64,000 nt of DNA from a virus (IMGVR_UViG_3300023179_004209:167832-231831); one strand, 5' to 3'; shown: positions 11,446 to 22,312, counted from the first letter of the stretch. The notes: generated by a model from the sequence alone, not told the origin. Program-made: numbers and translations.

Positions 11446-12390
11446 TTAAATATTGTCTATTGTATTATTTATTTTGTTATTTATCGCAGTCGTATCTGGT
11501 AATTTTGGTATTTTTACAACTTTTACACGTTTACCAATCGTTTCTTTAATTTTTGCTTGTGTTTTAATTCCTGTTTTTTCTCCTGCAAATTTACCTATTT
11601 TAGATCCTAATGTACTAGAATTAGAACTTATTACTCCTGCAATTTTATTATTAGGTAAATATCCTCCAACTGCGGCTCCTATTTTTGATCCAGCAATTTG
11701 TCCAATTTTAGATCCAACATATCCTCCTACTTTTTCACCTATACTACTATTTAAGACAGAATCTGTAATAGAACCTAACTTTTCATTTAATCCTCCGATT
11801 TTCCCTCCCGTTTTTTGATCAATTGAATTAATACTAGATGAAACTTTATCTGTAACGTTTCCAGTTATACGATCTATACTTTTATTTGATAAATTCGTAG
11901 CATCAAAATTATATGGACTATATTCAGTTACATCAACTATTCCATTTGTTTTTTCATTGATTGCATTTCCAACTACTCCTACTTTAGAAGTAATACCGCC
12001 AGCAACATCACCAACTTTTGATGAAATTCCACCAACAACATCGTTCGTTTTAGTTATTATACCACCTGTAACACTATCAATTTTTGATGATGCATTTCCT
12101 ACTACTCCATAAACTTTTGATGTAAGATTGCCTAAAACTCCAGTATCATTTCCACTTAGAACATCTTTAGTAAAATTACCAACACCTTGTATTGTTCCGC
12201 CAACAAAATTACCAGCTGTATCTCCAATCGCAGTTTGTTTTTTTAATGCAAATGCGTCAATTTTATTTCCAACTTTATTAGATACATCGGATTTTAAAGC
12301 AGAAACAAATTTTAATCCATTTGAACCTTCAGTTGGTGGTCCAGGTAATGCGGGATCAATATCAACTAATGATTTTAATTTATTAATCAT
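11446..12390 (-). CDS. Gly/Ser/Lys-rich low-complexity protein with imperfect repeats (GGITSKVG)
   Basis: 314 aa ORF between spike and gp25-like genes. Confidence 0.6.
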   Translation of the reverse strand: MINKLKSLVDIDPALPGPPTEGSNGLKFVSALKSDVSNKVGNKIDAFALKKQTAIGDTAGNFVGGTIQGVGNFTKDVLSGNDTGVLGNLTSKVYGVVGNASSKIDSVTGGIITKTNDVVGGISSKVGDVAGGITSKVGVVGNAINEKTNGIVDVTEYSPYNFDATNLSNKSIDRITGNVTDKVSSSINSIDQKTGGKIGGLNEKLGSITDSVLNSSIGEKVGGYVGSKIGQIAGSKIGAAVGGYLPNNKIAGVISSNSSTLGSKIGKFAGEKTGIKTQAKIKETIGKRVKVVKIPKLPDTTAINNKINNTIDNI

Positions 12391-12393
12391 AAT

Positions 12394-14058
12394 TTAATTT
12401 TCTTCATATTGAATTTCTACTGGACCTTCTCTTCTTACTTTTCCTTTGAAATTGCCAGGTAAACCAGCACCTGATACAATATTTACTGAAACGGGTTCTG
12501 TCCCATTTTTCATATTTGGTGGCAATTTACCATCCGCTCCTGGCGCATAACCACCACCTGTAACAAATACTCTTCTACTCATCAATTTATCAAGATTGTC
12601 TCTTAAAAACTTTAATTGTTGATCTTGAACCGATTCTTGCGTTTTATTTGGATTTGCATTACCTGTCTTTGGATGTGTATGATTATACCAATGAATGTGA
12701 TTTAATAACCAATTACATAAATCATATAACCAATCTACGGTTGTTTGACCTAATAATACTGGTTCATTGGTTTGACCATATTGTCCCAAATAAATTGCAG
12801 GACTATTAAATACGGTTTTATTATTTGTAGTCATTACAATTTGATCATGCGCATCAACTGTATATTCACTATCCGTTACAATTCCATATCTTTCTTTTGA
12901 AAAATGTAATGTTTCACCAAATCTACTGCTTAAAATTAATCTATCAGTATTAATTACAATTTGATCTCCTTTTAAATTTTCTATATCAAAATTAAATGCA
13001 GTAGAACCAATTGGTGAAAATAATGGTTGTTCTTCTTTTCCTTGTTGGAATATGGATTTATAACAGGTTGTTCTCCATTTTGATTTTGTTAATCCGGATG
13101 TAATATAAATTGAACTACCGTCATGATTTATATCTTCATCTATTAAACCACCAACATTTTTTTGTGAATCTACAATTCCAGGAATCGGTGGAAGCTTAGG
13201 ATGAACTGCTATAGGTTTATCTAAAGACAACTTTCTTTGTCTATTTCTAATTATAACCATAGGATTTCCACATCCTTCAGTAGGAGAATTTACTGTTGAA
13301 TCTCCTTTATAATCAGGATAAAAACCTTTATCATTATCTCTTACATTATCATAAGCACTAAAACGAATAGACTGTCCGTGACGACTCTCAAGAACTGTAT
13401 CTCCTTCGTATCTTCTCAATTTTCTAATTTTAGAATTTGCTAAAAAATATGAACCAAGTACTCCTTTTACTTGATTATTTGCAATTTTTTTATATGAATT
13501 TAATGATAATGGACCATCAACAGATTCTGTTTTTAATCCGTCTTCTGATACCAAATCTTTATTTCCATCATTATTACCATAAAATTTTTCAAGACGAAAA
13601 TTAGATTCTTGATTAATGAATCCATTTAAATTTAATTTTCTTGTATAAAAAAGTTTATCTAAATACTTTACAACAATTACAACTTCATTCAATAATGGAT
13701 ATTCTACTATACCTGTAGATTCCATCGGAAATGCCCACGATAACTTTTCTTTTTCCAATCCTTGTTGTGAAAAACACAATCTTACTCTACAAGCACCTAT
13801 ATAACTATAATCTACATCTTTTTGATCAGGCAATTCATTTTTATAATTTGCTGGGATATTTCTGACATCAACCAAATGTCTTTTATTTATTATTTCTGGA
13901 TGTGTTTCATCCAAAATTACATCCAATACAATTGCTGGTTCCAATTCGTAAAATTCATTTGTTGAAGATACATTACTTGATTGATTTCCAACAGACAATC
14001 CAATATTATTTAATTGTCCAAAACTAATTGGAGACGATTTAATATTAAAATATGGCAT
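12394..14058 (-). CDS. Baseplate hub/spike protein (gp5-like)
   Basis: 554 aa; N-terminal OB-fold-like YPLLNEVV segment, RYEGDTVLESRHGQSIRF motif, C-terminal HxHxHxH zinc-tip-like motif. Confidence 0.7.
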   Translation of the reverse strand: MPYFNIKSSPISFGQLNNIGLSVGNQSSNVSSTNEFYELEPAIVLDVILDETHPEIINKRHLVDVRNIPANYKNELPDQKDVDYSYIGACRVRLCFSQQGLEKEKLSWAFPMESTGIVEYPLLNEVVIVVKYLDKLFYTRKLNLNGFINQESNFRLEKFYGNNDGNKDLVSEDGLKTESVDGPLSLNSYKKIANNQVKGVLGSYFLANSKIRKLRRYEGDTVLESRHGQSIRFSAYDNVRDNDKGFYPDYKGDSTVNSPTEGCGNPMVIIRNRQRKLSLDKPIAVHPKLPPIPGIVDSQKNVGGLIDEDINHDGSSIYITSGLTKSKWRTTCYKSIFQQGKEEQPLFSPIGSTAFNFDIENLKGDQIVINTDRLILSSRFGETLHFSKERYGIVTDSEYTVDAHDQIVMTTNNKTVFNSPAIYLGQYGQTNEPVLLGQTTVDWLYDLCNWLLNHIHWYNHTHPKTGNANPNKTQESVQDQQLKFLRDNLDKLMSRRVFVTGGGYAPGADGKLPPNMKNGTEPVSVNIVSGAGLPGNFKGKVRREGPVEIQYEEN

Positions 14059-14059
14059 A

Positions 14060-14422
14060 TTATTTCTTAATTTCTATTGGTGTATTCATTGTTTCGGTGA
14101 TTTTACCAACTTCAGCCATTAACTGTTGTCTTTCTTCTTCTGACAATCCACCTACTTCTTCTGCACCTTTATTATCATTGCTTACTAATCGTTGTACTAT
14201 CGCAGCTAATTTTACTAGTTGTTCATCGTTCCTTACACTTACATCCAAGTAATCTTTAATGAGAGGAACAATGACAATAGCATCATTTGGTGTTTTAATC
14301 ATACTTCTTAAATCAGATACTAAGATATCAATTTGATCTTTTTTCTGTTCAGAATTGATTACAACATCTTTGAGTAAGTTTGAATATTTCTTACCCTTAT
14401 ATAGTTCAAAATCTAAATCCAT
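14060..14422 (-). CDS. Hypothetical protein
   Basis: 120 aa ORF with upstream TATTTATA motif. Confidence 0.65.
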   Translation of the reverse strand: MDLDFELYKGKKYSNLLKDVVINSEQKKDQIDILVSDLRSMIKTPNDAIVIVPLIKDYLDVSVRNDEQLVKLAAIVQRLVSNDNKGAEEVGGLSEEERQQLMAEVGKITETMNTPIEIKK

Positions 14423-14458
14423 ACCTATAAATAGATATGGATTTGAATAATTACACTA

Positions 14459-15379
14459 TCAATTTAATTTACCTCTATCTAAATAAGATTGAGCAATTAC
14501 CTTTTGGTAACTCTTCATTTTATTTATTACTTTGGTAATTTGTTGTGTCTTACATGATGAAATTTCTCTAATATAAAGATACAATGCTTTTTTATTAAAT
14601 GCATCAATTCTATCACAACTTCTAAACAATTCTATTACTGCATTAGCAATGTTCAAATCTCTTTGTTTAGTAAAAATACGACCAACATTTCTTTCCCAAT
14701 AATCAACCATTAATTTAAGAAATTCATTGGTTTCTGTATCTTTATGATGTGAATCAACAGTTTGTAAACAGACTGAAGATTCACTTGGAGTATCAGCAAT
14801 ATTTACATGTTGATTATATTTTTTGTAATTACCATTATTATGAAAAATAAGATAATTCTTAGCAACAATGCTGAAATAACTAAATGCTTTACCTTTACCT
14901 TCTTCAAACTTATTCATATTAGAAACCAAATGCGCAACAGTTTCTTTCTGAATTTCGATGGGGCTATTATCAAAATATGTAAATTTGAATGTGTTGAATA
15001 CATTTTCTACCAACTTTTCAAATGCATTCTTAATATGAGTTTCATAAATATCATTTCTAATATTTTGGTCTTCTTCTTTATTGTATTTGATAATATACAT
15101 TTCTGTATCTTTAGTAAAATACATCTTTTCTGTAGATTTCTTCTTGGGAGATTCTGGTTCTACATAAGGTTCTTCGATGATAATCTTAGGTGTTGGTTTC
15201 CTAATATTTTTTTCCTTTTTAAGTGGAATAACTTTTTTTTGTTTCTTAACTTTGTTTATAACCATTTTCTTTTTTTGTTTAGTTGATTTTAGGGAGATTT
15301 TTTTATTAAGATTTTTTACAACTTTTTTCTTAACATCTCTTTTTTTTAAAACCTTCATTTTTTTCTTGGATTTTTTCAT
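14459..15379 (-). CDS. Putative phage RNA polymerase sigma-like factor with Lys-rich N-terminus
   Basis: EIQKETVAHLVSNMNKFEEGKGKAFSYFSIVAKNYLI resembles sigma70 region 2. Confidence 0.55.
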   Translation of the reverse strand: MKKSKKKMKVLKKRDVKKKVVKNLNKKISLKSTKQKKKMVINKVKKQKKVIPLKKEKNIRKPTPKIIIEEPYVEPESPKKKSTEKMYFTKDTEMYIIKYNKEEDQNIRNDIYETHIKNAFEKLVENVFNTFKFTYFDNSPIEIQKETVAHLVSNMNKFEEGKGKAFSYFSIVAKNYLIFHNNGNYKKYNQHVNIADTPSESSVCLQTVDSHHKDTETNEFLKLMVDYWERNVGRIFTKQRDLNIANAVIELFRSCDRIDAFNKKALYLYIREISSCKTQQITKVINKMKSYQKVIAQSYLDRGKLN

Positions 15380-15642
15380 TTAGATTTTTCTTTGATTAAT
15401 TCAATCAGTCTAACTATCTCTGAAAAAACAAAACCAACATCGTCATCTTTTTCAAAAATTTGTTTATCATCAATTTCTTTTAATTTACGATATGTGTTTT
15501 CTACCAAATTTTTGTATTGGTCATTCCATTGTTGCATTGTTTCGATCACATCTAACAAATCATTCATTTTAATAAAAAAATAAATGTTTGCGCATATTGA
15601 AACCGTCAATACTACTGTGAGTATTATTATTAGTGTTAACAT
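15376..15642 (-). CDS. Small membrane-anchored protein
   Basis: 88 aa, N-terminal hydrophobic helix. Confidence 0.65.
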   Translation of the reverse strand: MLTLIIILTVVLTVSICANIYFFIKMNDLLDVIETMQQWNDQYKNLVENTYRKLKEIDDKQIFEKDDDVGFVFSEIVRLIELIKEKSK

Positions 15643-15645
15643 AAA

Positions 15646-15783
15646 TCAATCATAATCTGAACCGTCTTCATTATCAAGATATTCTTCCATAAATGATATT
15701 GCTTCATTCACTAAATCCCAATCTTGGTTTTTTTCTGCTTCCTTAAGAATATCCAATACTTCTTTTATATCAAATTCATCCAT
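15646..15783 (-). CDS. Small acidic hypothetical protein (45 aa)
   Basis: Manual translation MDEFDIKEVLDILKEAEKNQDWDLVNEAISFMEEYLDNEDGSDYD; fills the gap in the operon. Confidence 0.65.
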   Translation of the reverse strand: MDEFDIKEVLDILKEAEKNQDWDLVNEAISFMEEYLDNEDGSDYD

Positions 15784-15867
15784 AATATTTTAATAGTAAA
15801 CTGATAATTAAATATATCGTAAAAATTTCTAAAATCAAATAATTATTACTAATTTAGTAATTTTAAT

Positions 15868-16887
15868 TTAAAAACTAAAATGGTTAGGTTTATAACTATT
15901 ATCCACCACCACTTCTTTTATTACTTCCTTTTCTACAGGTACTTCCTTTTCGATATGAACAGGAACTTCTTTAATAATTTCTTTTATTATTTGACCCTCT
16001 TTAACTTCTAGTGTAGCTTCTTTTTTTGCTTGTTCAACAATTTCTTCTAATGTTGGTTCTTTTTTTGGATTTTCTTCCACTTTAACTGTAGGTTTTACAT
16101 AGATTACATCACCTAATGTAGTATTATAGGCTAATAATAAACAAATTGCAAGTGGGTCAAATACTGATATAAGACAAATAATAAACCATTTTACTACTTT
16201 ATTTATATCTACACCAAATTCATCCGCAACAAATTTAAATGTTTGTAAATCTTTTTGACCACCGCTTTTTATCTTAATATCTGATATTTGTTTATCCAAT
16301 TTTTGTATTTCATCAACAGTTGACTGAATCTTATTATTTTCAGTATCTATGTCCTTTTCACTCTTATCAATAAACTCTTTTGTTGATTGTTGTATCTGTG
16401 CTAGTTGAATTGGGTTACGACTGATGATTACATTGGTCATACTTTCATTCAATCTTTCTTCTTGACTAACCCTTAATTTAGTAATATTTTCAATTCTTTT
16501 CTTTGCATCACTTATTTTATCACTGTACATCTTTTTTTGGTCTTGTATATAAACAATTTTTTCTTCACTCAATTTATTTTCAATTGCCGATTGTTGATAT
16601 GCAGATGTTAAATAACCAAAAATACCTAAAGATGTAATAAACATCAATGCAACAACTGCCAAAATAAGATATGTCTTTAATAACAATTGTGATCTTTTCC
16701 AGTATCTATATAAAAATGTAGTAGCAACCAATTTACCAATTTCAAGTGAACTAGCCATAATCATAGATGCTATTGCCGATCCACTAAACAACATACCTAT
16801 ACCAATTATACTAAAAAATGCAGCGCAACTCGCTATAAATAACGAGGATAAGCCTACTATTCTTTCAAAGGTAAATTGTGTTTTCAT
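15868..16887 (-). CDS. Membrane protein with coiled-coil domain
   Basis: 339 aa; three N-terminal TM segments, heptad region, further TM, EKEV repeats. Confidence 0.7.
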   Translation of the reverse strand: MKTQFTFERIVGLSSLFIASCAAFFSIIGIGMLFSGSAIASMIMASSLEIGKLVATTFLYRYWKRSQLLLKTYLILAVVALMFITSLGIFGYLTSAYQQSAIENKLSEEKIVYIQDQKKMYSDKISDAKKRIENITKLRVSQEERLNESMTNVIISRNPIQLAQIQQSTKEFIDKSEKDIDTENNKIQSTVDEIQKLDKQISDIKIKSGGQKDLQTFKFVADEFGVDINKVVKWFIICLISVFDPLAICLLLAYNTTLGDVIYVKPTVKVEENPKKEPTLEEIVEQAKKEATLEVKEGQIIKEIIKEVPVHIEKEVPVEKEVIKEVVVDNSYKPNHFSF

Positions 16888-16904
16888 ACTGTATATATAG
16901 TCAA

Positions 16905-16945
16905 AAAAGAAAAAACCCTCTACTGTTTATAACAATAAAGGGTAT
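16905..16945 (-). terminator. Intrinsic terminator after hsp20
   Basis: Minus strand ACCCTTTATTGTT-ATA-AACAGTAGAGGGT followed by T tract. Confidence 0.65.
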
Positions 16946-16964
16946 ATAATAAATATATAACCAA

Positions 16965-17447
16965 TTACTTAATCGTAACTTTTCTTACTTCAGGTACCGA
17001 AGGTTTTACTTTATTGAGTGTAATTAATAGAATACCGTTTTCAAATGTAGCGGATACAGTATCTTTTTCTATATTATCTCCCAAAGTAAATGATCTTCGG
17101 AAACTAGATCGTTTCAATTCTCGTCTAATATACTTTCCACCTTGTGAATCTGTAACATTTTTGCTTTTTCCACCACTAACTGTAAGTACATTCTGTTCCA
17201 CTTCAACATTTACATCTTGTTTACTTAAACCTGGAACTTCGGCTTCTATAACAACTTTATCACTATAGTCAATAACATCTACTCTTGGATATGACCCTTT
17301 TTCAAAAAAGTCTGCACCAAAATCTTGACTAAAAGAAGGAGCATTTGCTTTGAAAAATTCATCGAAAATTTGATCAAATGGAGTTAAAAACTCATCACGA
17401 TGAACTGCACGAAATAACGGATTATTTTGATATTTTACTACTGACAT
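16965..17447 (-). CDS. Small heat-shock protein Hsp20
   Basis: 160 aa; PRVDVIDY..VVIEAEVPG, RRELKRSSFRRSFTL and ATFENGILLITL alpha-crystallin motifs. Confidence 0.95.
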   Translation of the reverse strand: MSVVKYQNNPLFRAVHRDEFLTPFDQIFDEFFKANAPSFSQDFGADFFEKGSYPRVDVIDYSDKVVIEAEVPGLSKQDVNVEVEQNVLTVSGGKSKNVTDSQGGKYIRRELKRSSFRRSFTLGDNIEKDTVSATFENGILLITLNKVKPSVPEVRKVTIK

Positions 17448-17575
17448 ATATATTTTTCCTTTCTTAAATGGTCTATTATAGACCCATTTTCATGTATTCC
17501 TTTAGGGACATACAAGGATTACCACATTAGTAATCTGTTCAATATATATCATTTACTTAAGAAAAAATCAAATTT

Positions 17576-18520
17576 TTATTCAATTGGATTTGGAGGAAAT
17601 AAATTATTTTTTGTGTATTCACTTATATAACGATCTTTAAATCTAATACCTGCATACATTTCATAATCTTCAATAGTTCTAACATTTCCAAAATTATAAA
17701 TCGAATCTATTAATTTATCAAAACCATCCATGCCAAATAACTTTTTATGTCTATTTGTGGAATCATTATCCATTTTACTCCAATCACTTCCTTCTATGAT
17801 ATGATCGTCCCAATGTTTTGGTCTTTTTTCTCTAGTATAATAATGCCAAGCAATAATTTTATTTGGATGATATAAATCATACCCATGTGTATAAGCTCTT
17901 ACACCAATATTAGTTTCTTCACCATAAAAATAATAGTTTGGATCATGTTGTACTAATTTACTAAATTCACCATCTGTAAAAGCAAAATGTCCACTATAAA
18001 ATCTTGATGGAATTGGATTATTATATGTTTCAGTTAATGGTTCAGGTATGAAAAACATCGGTCCTTCATCCATAAACTTTTCCAAATTCATTTTCCAGAC
18101 TTCTTGTAAAAATTCTTCTTTGTCTGGATCATAATGAGGTAAATAAGCAGTAATCAATGGTTTTTCACTTCCCATTTCTTTACATTTATTATACATTTTA
18201 ATCAATTCAATATCCCAATCTTGAATAAATCTATGATGACTATCCAATTGAAGTGTATATTCTTCACCGTTATATTTTTGTTGAATTAAATTTCTTGCCC
18301 AACATACACCTTTACTTTCAACATATGGTATATCAATAAATTCAATCAAATGTTTGATTGGTTCCAATGATTCATTGTCATCGTGTTGCCAAGCAACAAC
18401 AATTCTCAATGATTCTGGATTCTTAGCTTTTTCAACCAAGTCCAAAACTGTTGGAATTAATTCGGGATCTCTATAACTTGCTATTTGAACAAATATTTTA
18501 TAACCTATTTTATAACTCAT
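17576..18520 (-). CDS. Glycosyltransferase (GlcNAc-transferase, Skp1/Gnt1-like GT-A family)
   Basis: IFVQIASYRDPEL, GVCWARN, LQLDSHHRF and YFYGEE motifs. Confidence 0.75.
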   Translation of the reverse strand: MSYKIGYKIFVQIASYRDPELIPTVLDLVEKAKNPESLRIVVAWQHDDNESLEPIKHLIEFIDIPYVESKGVCWARNLIQQKYNGEEYTLQLDSHHRFIQDWDIELIKMYNKCKEMGSEKPLITAYLPHYDPDKEEFLQEVWKMNLEKFMDEGPMFFIPEPLTETYNNPIPSRFYSGHFAFTDGEFSKLVQHDPNYYFYGEETNIGVRAYTHGYDLYHPNKIIAWHYYTREKRPKHWDDHIIEGSDWSKMDNDSTNRHKKLFGMDGFDKLIDSIYNFGNVRTIEDYEMYAGIRFKDRYISEYTKNNLFPPNPIE

Positions 18521-18521
18521 T

Positions 18522-19637
18522 TTATGATAAACTTGCAGATCTTAATGTACCATTCGCACTTCTAGCAAATAAATACATAACACCATTATTTTCTATTACA
18601 GCAAAACTTCCAGATGAAAGTGAACTTGTATATGCAAAATTTGAACTGCTAATTACATTATATCCTGTGGAATATACTTGTCCACTACTACTTACACAAA
18701 AAGTTGTATTCAAACTGGAACTTCCATATCTTACTTCAATTGCTTTACCAAGATGATTTATTACAGGATTTGATGCATTACTACCACTATATACATCTAT
18801 TAAAAATCTAGTTGAAGTATTTTGTGTACCTGAATCTACACCAATATTAAATGTACTGTCCTTTGACAAAGATTGTACACTTGATAACGGCCAAAAATAA
18901 ATTCCACTAGATTTGACTCGCATCATTCTTGTAATATCTTGATATGTACCGGCTACAGTTGGTTGTTTTGATGAAAATAAGCTATTACTAGTATATGTTG
19001 ACCAATCCAACGCACCTTTAACTCCAGGAGATACTGCATCTTCTCCGTCACCACTAACTACCATTACCCAACTATCTGATGCCGTATTATAATTTCTTAA
19101 ACTTAATGAAGAATTATAATGTCCACTAACAATTAAAAATGATTGTCCACTTGTTGATTGTTCAATATTAAGAGCAGTATATGAAGTAACATTTTTTAAA
19201 TAATATTGTGACGAACTTAAATAAAATTTAGAATCACCTAATGTTTTAGTTGCTGTCCAAATTGGAAGATAATTTGTAGTTCCTGTTCCTGATAAATCTC
19301 CCGCATTTGAATTTAATGCATAACTTGCTGTTAATGCATTAGACGAACTCAATGCGTAACTACTACTATTTGAAAAATCGGAATATGAAGAACTAATAGA
19401 TCTACTAGAACTAATTGCCCAACTACTTGTTCCTACAAATTGAGGAGATGTACCTGTTCCTATAATTCTACCAGTTAAAGATCCTGTAAAACTTCCTGTA
19501 GAAAATAAATTTTGTAATTGTGTCAGACTAGCTCTATAAGTCTTTATTGAACTACTTTGGTCAATAGGAAAAAAATCGCTGCCAGTTAAACTAGCAATCG
19601 GATCTAATTGACTGATTTTTATACTTGTTGTTGGCAT
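18522..19637 (-). CDS. Tail fibre-like virion protein
   Basis: 371 aa Ser/Thr-rich; N-terminal IKISQL..LTGSDFFPI motif, GSFTGS repeats. Confidence 0.5.
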   Translation of the reverse strand: MPTTSIKISQLDPIASLTGSDFFPIDQSSSIKTYRASLTQLQNLFSTGSFTGSLTGRIIGTGTSPQFVGTSSWAISSSRSISSSYSDFSNSSSYALSSSNALTASYALNSNAGDLSGTGTTNYLPIWTATKTLGDSKFYLSSSQYYLKNVTSYTALNIEQSTSGQSFLIVSGHYNSSLSLRNYNTASDSWVMVVSGDGEDAVSPGVKGALDWSTYTSNSLFSSKQPTVAGTYQDITRMMRVKSSGIYFWPLSSVQSLSKDSTFNIGVDSGTQNTSTRFLIDVYSGSNASNPVINHLGKAIEVRYGSSSLNTTFCVSSSGQVYSTGYNVISSSNFAYTSSLSSGSFAVIENNGVMYLFARSANGTLRSASLS

Positions 19638-19654
19638 AGTCTATTTTTAATTAA

Positions 19655-20797
19655 TTATTTCCAAACTCTAATCCTATAATTCCATTTAGTTGTATTAACA
19701 TAATTCCAACCGCCACCAGTTTTATTTGGTATATAGAAATAACCTCCTGAATTGGCTATGGTTACTGACACACCAGCATAAGTTGAATTAGTCCACGCCG
19801 CAAATAGATTGGAATCATTAGCATCTATTTCAGCACTATTTACATCAACTTCATCACCAGTTACATATCCTACATTTGCATCATAACTATTACAATATAA
19901 TGTAGCCCTTATTAATGATGGCGTTACACCAAATCCATGTGCTACAGCATAACAATATGTACCTACACCACCTTCATTTGCACCAGCTAAGAACTGTCCC
20001 ACTGTGTTTGAACTAATTGTATTAGAAAATGTAGATGAGGGAAATTCTGATAATGATATTGAACTAATATAACTTGCAGTTACCGCATAACTTGCAGATG
20101 TAACAAAACTTGCAGATGTAGCAAAACTTGCAGATCTCGCATTAGAAGATGAAACAGAAAAACTTGCAGTACCAAAATAACCAACTGCATTTGTTACGCT
20201 AGAACTAAAAGTTGTAGAAGATACATTTCCTCCTACTGTTAATTTATTATTATTGGTTGTATCCCAAGAAAGATTAGAATTTCCACCAAATGTTCCCGCA
20301 TTAGAATTAAATTGAACATTTCCAGTTGCACCACCCGGAGATGTTAATGTACTTATTGCAGATATTTTTACAACATTATTATCACCGGTATCTAAACCAA
20401 TAAGTACATTATCTCCACCCGCAATTTTTTTAAATCGTAAATCCACTCCAACTTTATCTGTTACCAATCCATATCCATATGAACCAGTATTTGATGCAGT
20501 ATTGGCTTCTCCCGATCCACCTATCACTGAATCTGCAACTAAAGCCCTATTTGCCCAACTACTAGTACCATTTAAATCACCTTTAAAACTGCCAGTAAAT
20601 GAACCTGTAAAACTACCAGTATAATTACCATTAAAAATAGATGCGGACTTTGCACTAATAACATAGTCCGCAAGATCTATTGAAGTAATTTTTTTAGTTT
20701 CTTGCGCAGCAATATCTGTAATAAACAACAAGTCATTTGATTGAACTTGTGAATCAGTATAATCTGTTAAATCAGTAATTTTCTTACTATTGGACAT
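19655..20797 (-). CDS. Tail fibre-like virion protein
   Basis: 380 aa; KKITDL N-terminus, GSFTGSF and TSASYA repeats, HGFGVTP C-terminal motif. Confidence 0.5.
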   Translation of the reverse strand: MSNSKKITDLTDYTDSQVQSNDLLFITDIAAQETKKITSIDLADYVISAKSASIFNGNYTGSFTGSFTGSFKGDLNGTSSWANRALVADSVIGGSGEANTASNTGSYGYGLVTDKVGVDLRFKKIAGGDNVLIGLDTGDNNVVKISAISTLTSPGGATGNVQFNSNAGTFGGNSNLSWDTTNNNKLTVGGNVSSTTFSSSVTNAVGYFGTASFSVSSSNARSASFATSASFVTSASYAVTASYISSISLSEFPSSTFSNTISSNTVGQFLAGANEGGVGTYCYAVAHGFGVTPSLIRATLYCNSYDANVGYVTGDEVDVNSAEIDANDSNLFAAWTNSTYAGVSVTIANSGGYFYIPNKTGGGWNYVNTTKWNYRIRVWK

Positions 20798-20819
20798 ATA
20801 TCTTTAATAGATATATATA

Positions 20820-21596
20820 TCATTGTGGTTTGACATTTTTTAATTTTTTAACAATATATTTTACTAAACTGCTTCTAACAATATCTTCTTCAGTAAATTT
20901 AAATGTATAAATACCATTTTCTTTACTTTCATCGTCGTCAAAAGCATTCATTATCTTAGTAAAACCGCTTTTACCATTAATATCACTTTGATCTGGATCT
21001 CCCAATATAAACACTTTACTGAATTCACCTACTCTTGTAATCAAAGTAGTTAATTCTTTAACTGTCATATTTTGTGCCTCATCAGCAACAATACATTTGG
21101 CATTCCAGTTTAATCCTCTCAAAAATCCAAGGGGAATACTATCCAAACGATCTTCTTTTTGTAAAGTGTCAATGTCTCGTTTTGGTAACAATTCTGCCAA
21201 TTTTTCCAATAATGGTTGAATATATGGAGCCATTTTTTCATCGGCTTCACCAGGCAAAAATCCAATTTTGCTATCAGCGCTTTCTACAGCACTTCTGATA
21301 TAAAGTAAATCACTTACTTTCTTTTGATTTAATAATTTTAAAGCACTATAAATTGAAATATATGTTTTACTTGAACCTGCAGGACCACTTACAAAAATTA
21401 ATTTTGTGTCCTTATTTAATGCAATATTTAAAAATTCTTTTTGTTTTTCTGTTAATTCTCTTTCAAATATAGATAACTCATACTTTAATTTTGTTCTTTG
21501 ATATACGACTGGGCTTGTATCATGTTTATGTTCGACGCTGGTTTCGTTGTTGTTATTATCATTTTTTGACTTTTGAAGTTTTTTGCTTTTTTTCAT
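20820..21596 (-). CDS. phoH: PhoH-family ATPase
   Basis: GPAGSSKT Walker A, IGFLPG, LRGLNW, VADEAQN, GDPDQSD and DIVRS motifs. Confidence 0.95.
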   Translation of the reverse strand: MKKSKKLQKSKNDNNNNETSVEHKHDTSPVVYQRTKLKYELSIFERELTEKQKEFLNIALNKDTKLIFVSGPAGSSKTYISIYSALKLLNQKKVSDLLYIRSAVESADSKIGFLPGEADEKMAPYIQPLLEKLAELLPKRDIDTLQKEDRLDSIPLGFLRGLNWNAKCIVADEAQNMTVKELTTLITRVGEFSKVFILGDPDQSDINGKSGFTKIMNAFDDDESKENGIYTFKFTEEDIVRSSLVKYIVKKLKNVKPQ

Positions 21597-21915
21597 GCGT
21601 TAATTTATTTAAAGCTGAGTTTAACTTTTGTTCGACATTTTTAACTCTGATACATAACTCATAATGTTCCTTCTCAATATAATATTGATATACATTTTCC
21701 AAATTTTCTTTGAATTGATCTTTTGGTAATGTAACTACAAAATCAGAATCATTAAAACTAAATAATTCAACAAAACTTAATTTCTTGTCTATTGCATATT
21801 CAATCGACGAAACAACATGTTCCATCATTTGAATTTTATTGTGTTCAATGAACTTATTCATTTCATTGAAATTTGAAGGTAACGAGTATAATTTATGTTT
21901 GGATGCTTTTGGCAT
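21559..21915 (-). CDS. Hypothetical protein
   Basis: 118 aa ORF with upstream TATTTATA motif. Confidence 0.65.
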   Translation of the reverse strand: MPKASKHKLYSLPSNFNEMNKFIEHNKIQMMEHVVSSIEYAIDKKLSFVELFSFNDSDFVVTLPKDQFKENLENVYQYYIEKEHYELCIRVKNVEQKLNSALNKLTHEKKQKTSKVKK

Positions 21916-21944
21916 ACGAATATAAATATCAAAAACATTGTTAC

Positions 21945-21990
21945 AAAAAACAAAAAACGCTATTAAAGTTATTTTAATAGCGTTACATCA
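21945..21990 (-). terminator. Intrinsic terminator
   Basis: AACGCTATTAAA-(loop)-TTTAATAGCGTT followed by TTTTGTTTTT on the minus strand. Confidence 0.7.
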
Positions 21991-22008
21991 ATTTACTATT
22001 TTATTAAA

Positions 22009-22239
22009 TTATGATACTTTATGACGAGTTTCGTTGTATTCAACTAACTCAATTTTAGTACCATCAGGCCACTTCTTAACAATGCCAGACCAATGATCAA
22101 ATTCAGTCTTAGCATCATTCTTATTAGTATATACTAACTCACTTACTCTCAACCCACTTCGTGTAACTACATAACATTTTTGTTCTGTAGTAACATTACT
22201 TTCTGCACCGTTTTCTTTTTTATTAGTCTTTTTAGACAT
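22009..22239 (-). CDS. Hypothetical protein
   Basis: 76 aa ORF, plausible composition. Confidence 0.65.
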   Translation of the reverse strand: MSKKTNKKENGAESNVTTEQKCYVVTRSGLRVSELVYTNKNDAKTEFDHWSGIVKKWPDGTKIELVEYNETRHKVS

Positions 22240-22312
22240 ATTAACTATATAGTTTAATTGTTATTACTTTGGTTTTAATGTAAAAATTTATGATAACCAG
22301 TCATAAATTAAA

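Noticed and set aside
17450-17520. CIRCE/ROSE heat-shock element upstream of hsp20
   Set aside because: Two hairpins exist, but there is no TTAGCACTC-N9-GAGTGCTAA and the AAAGGA SD is not sequestered
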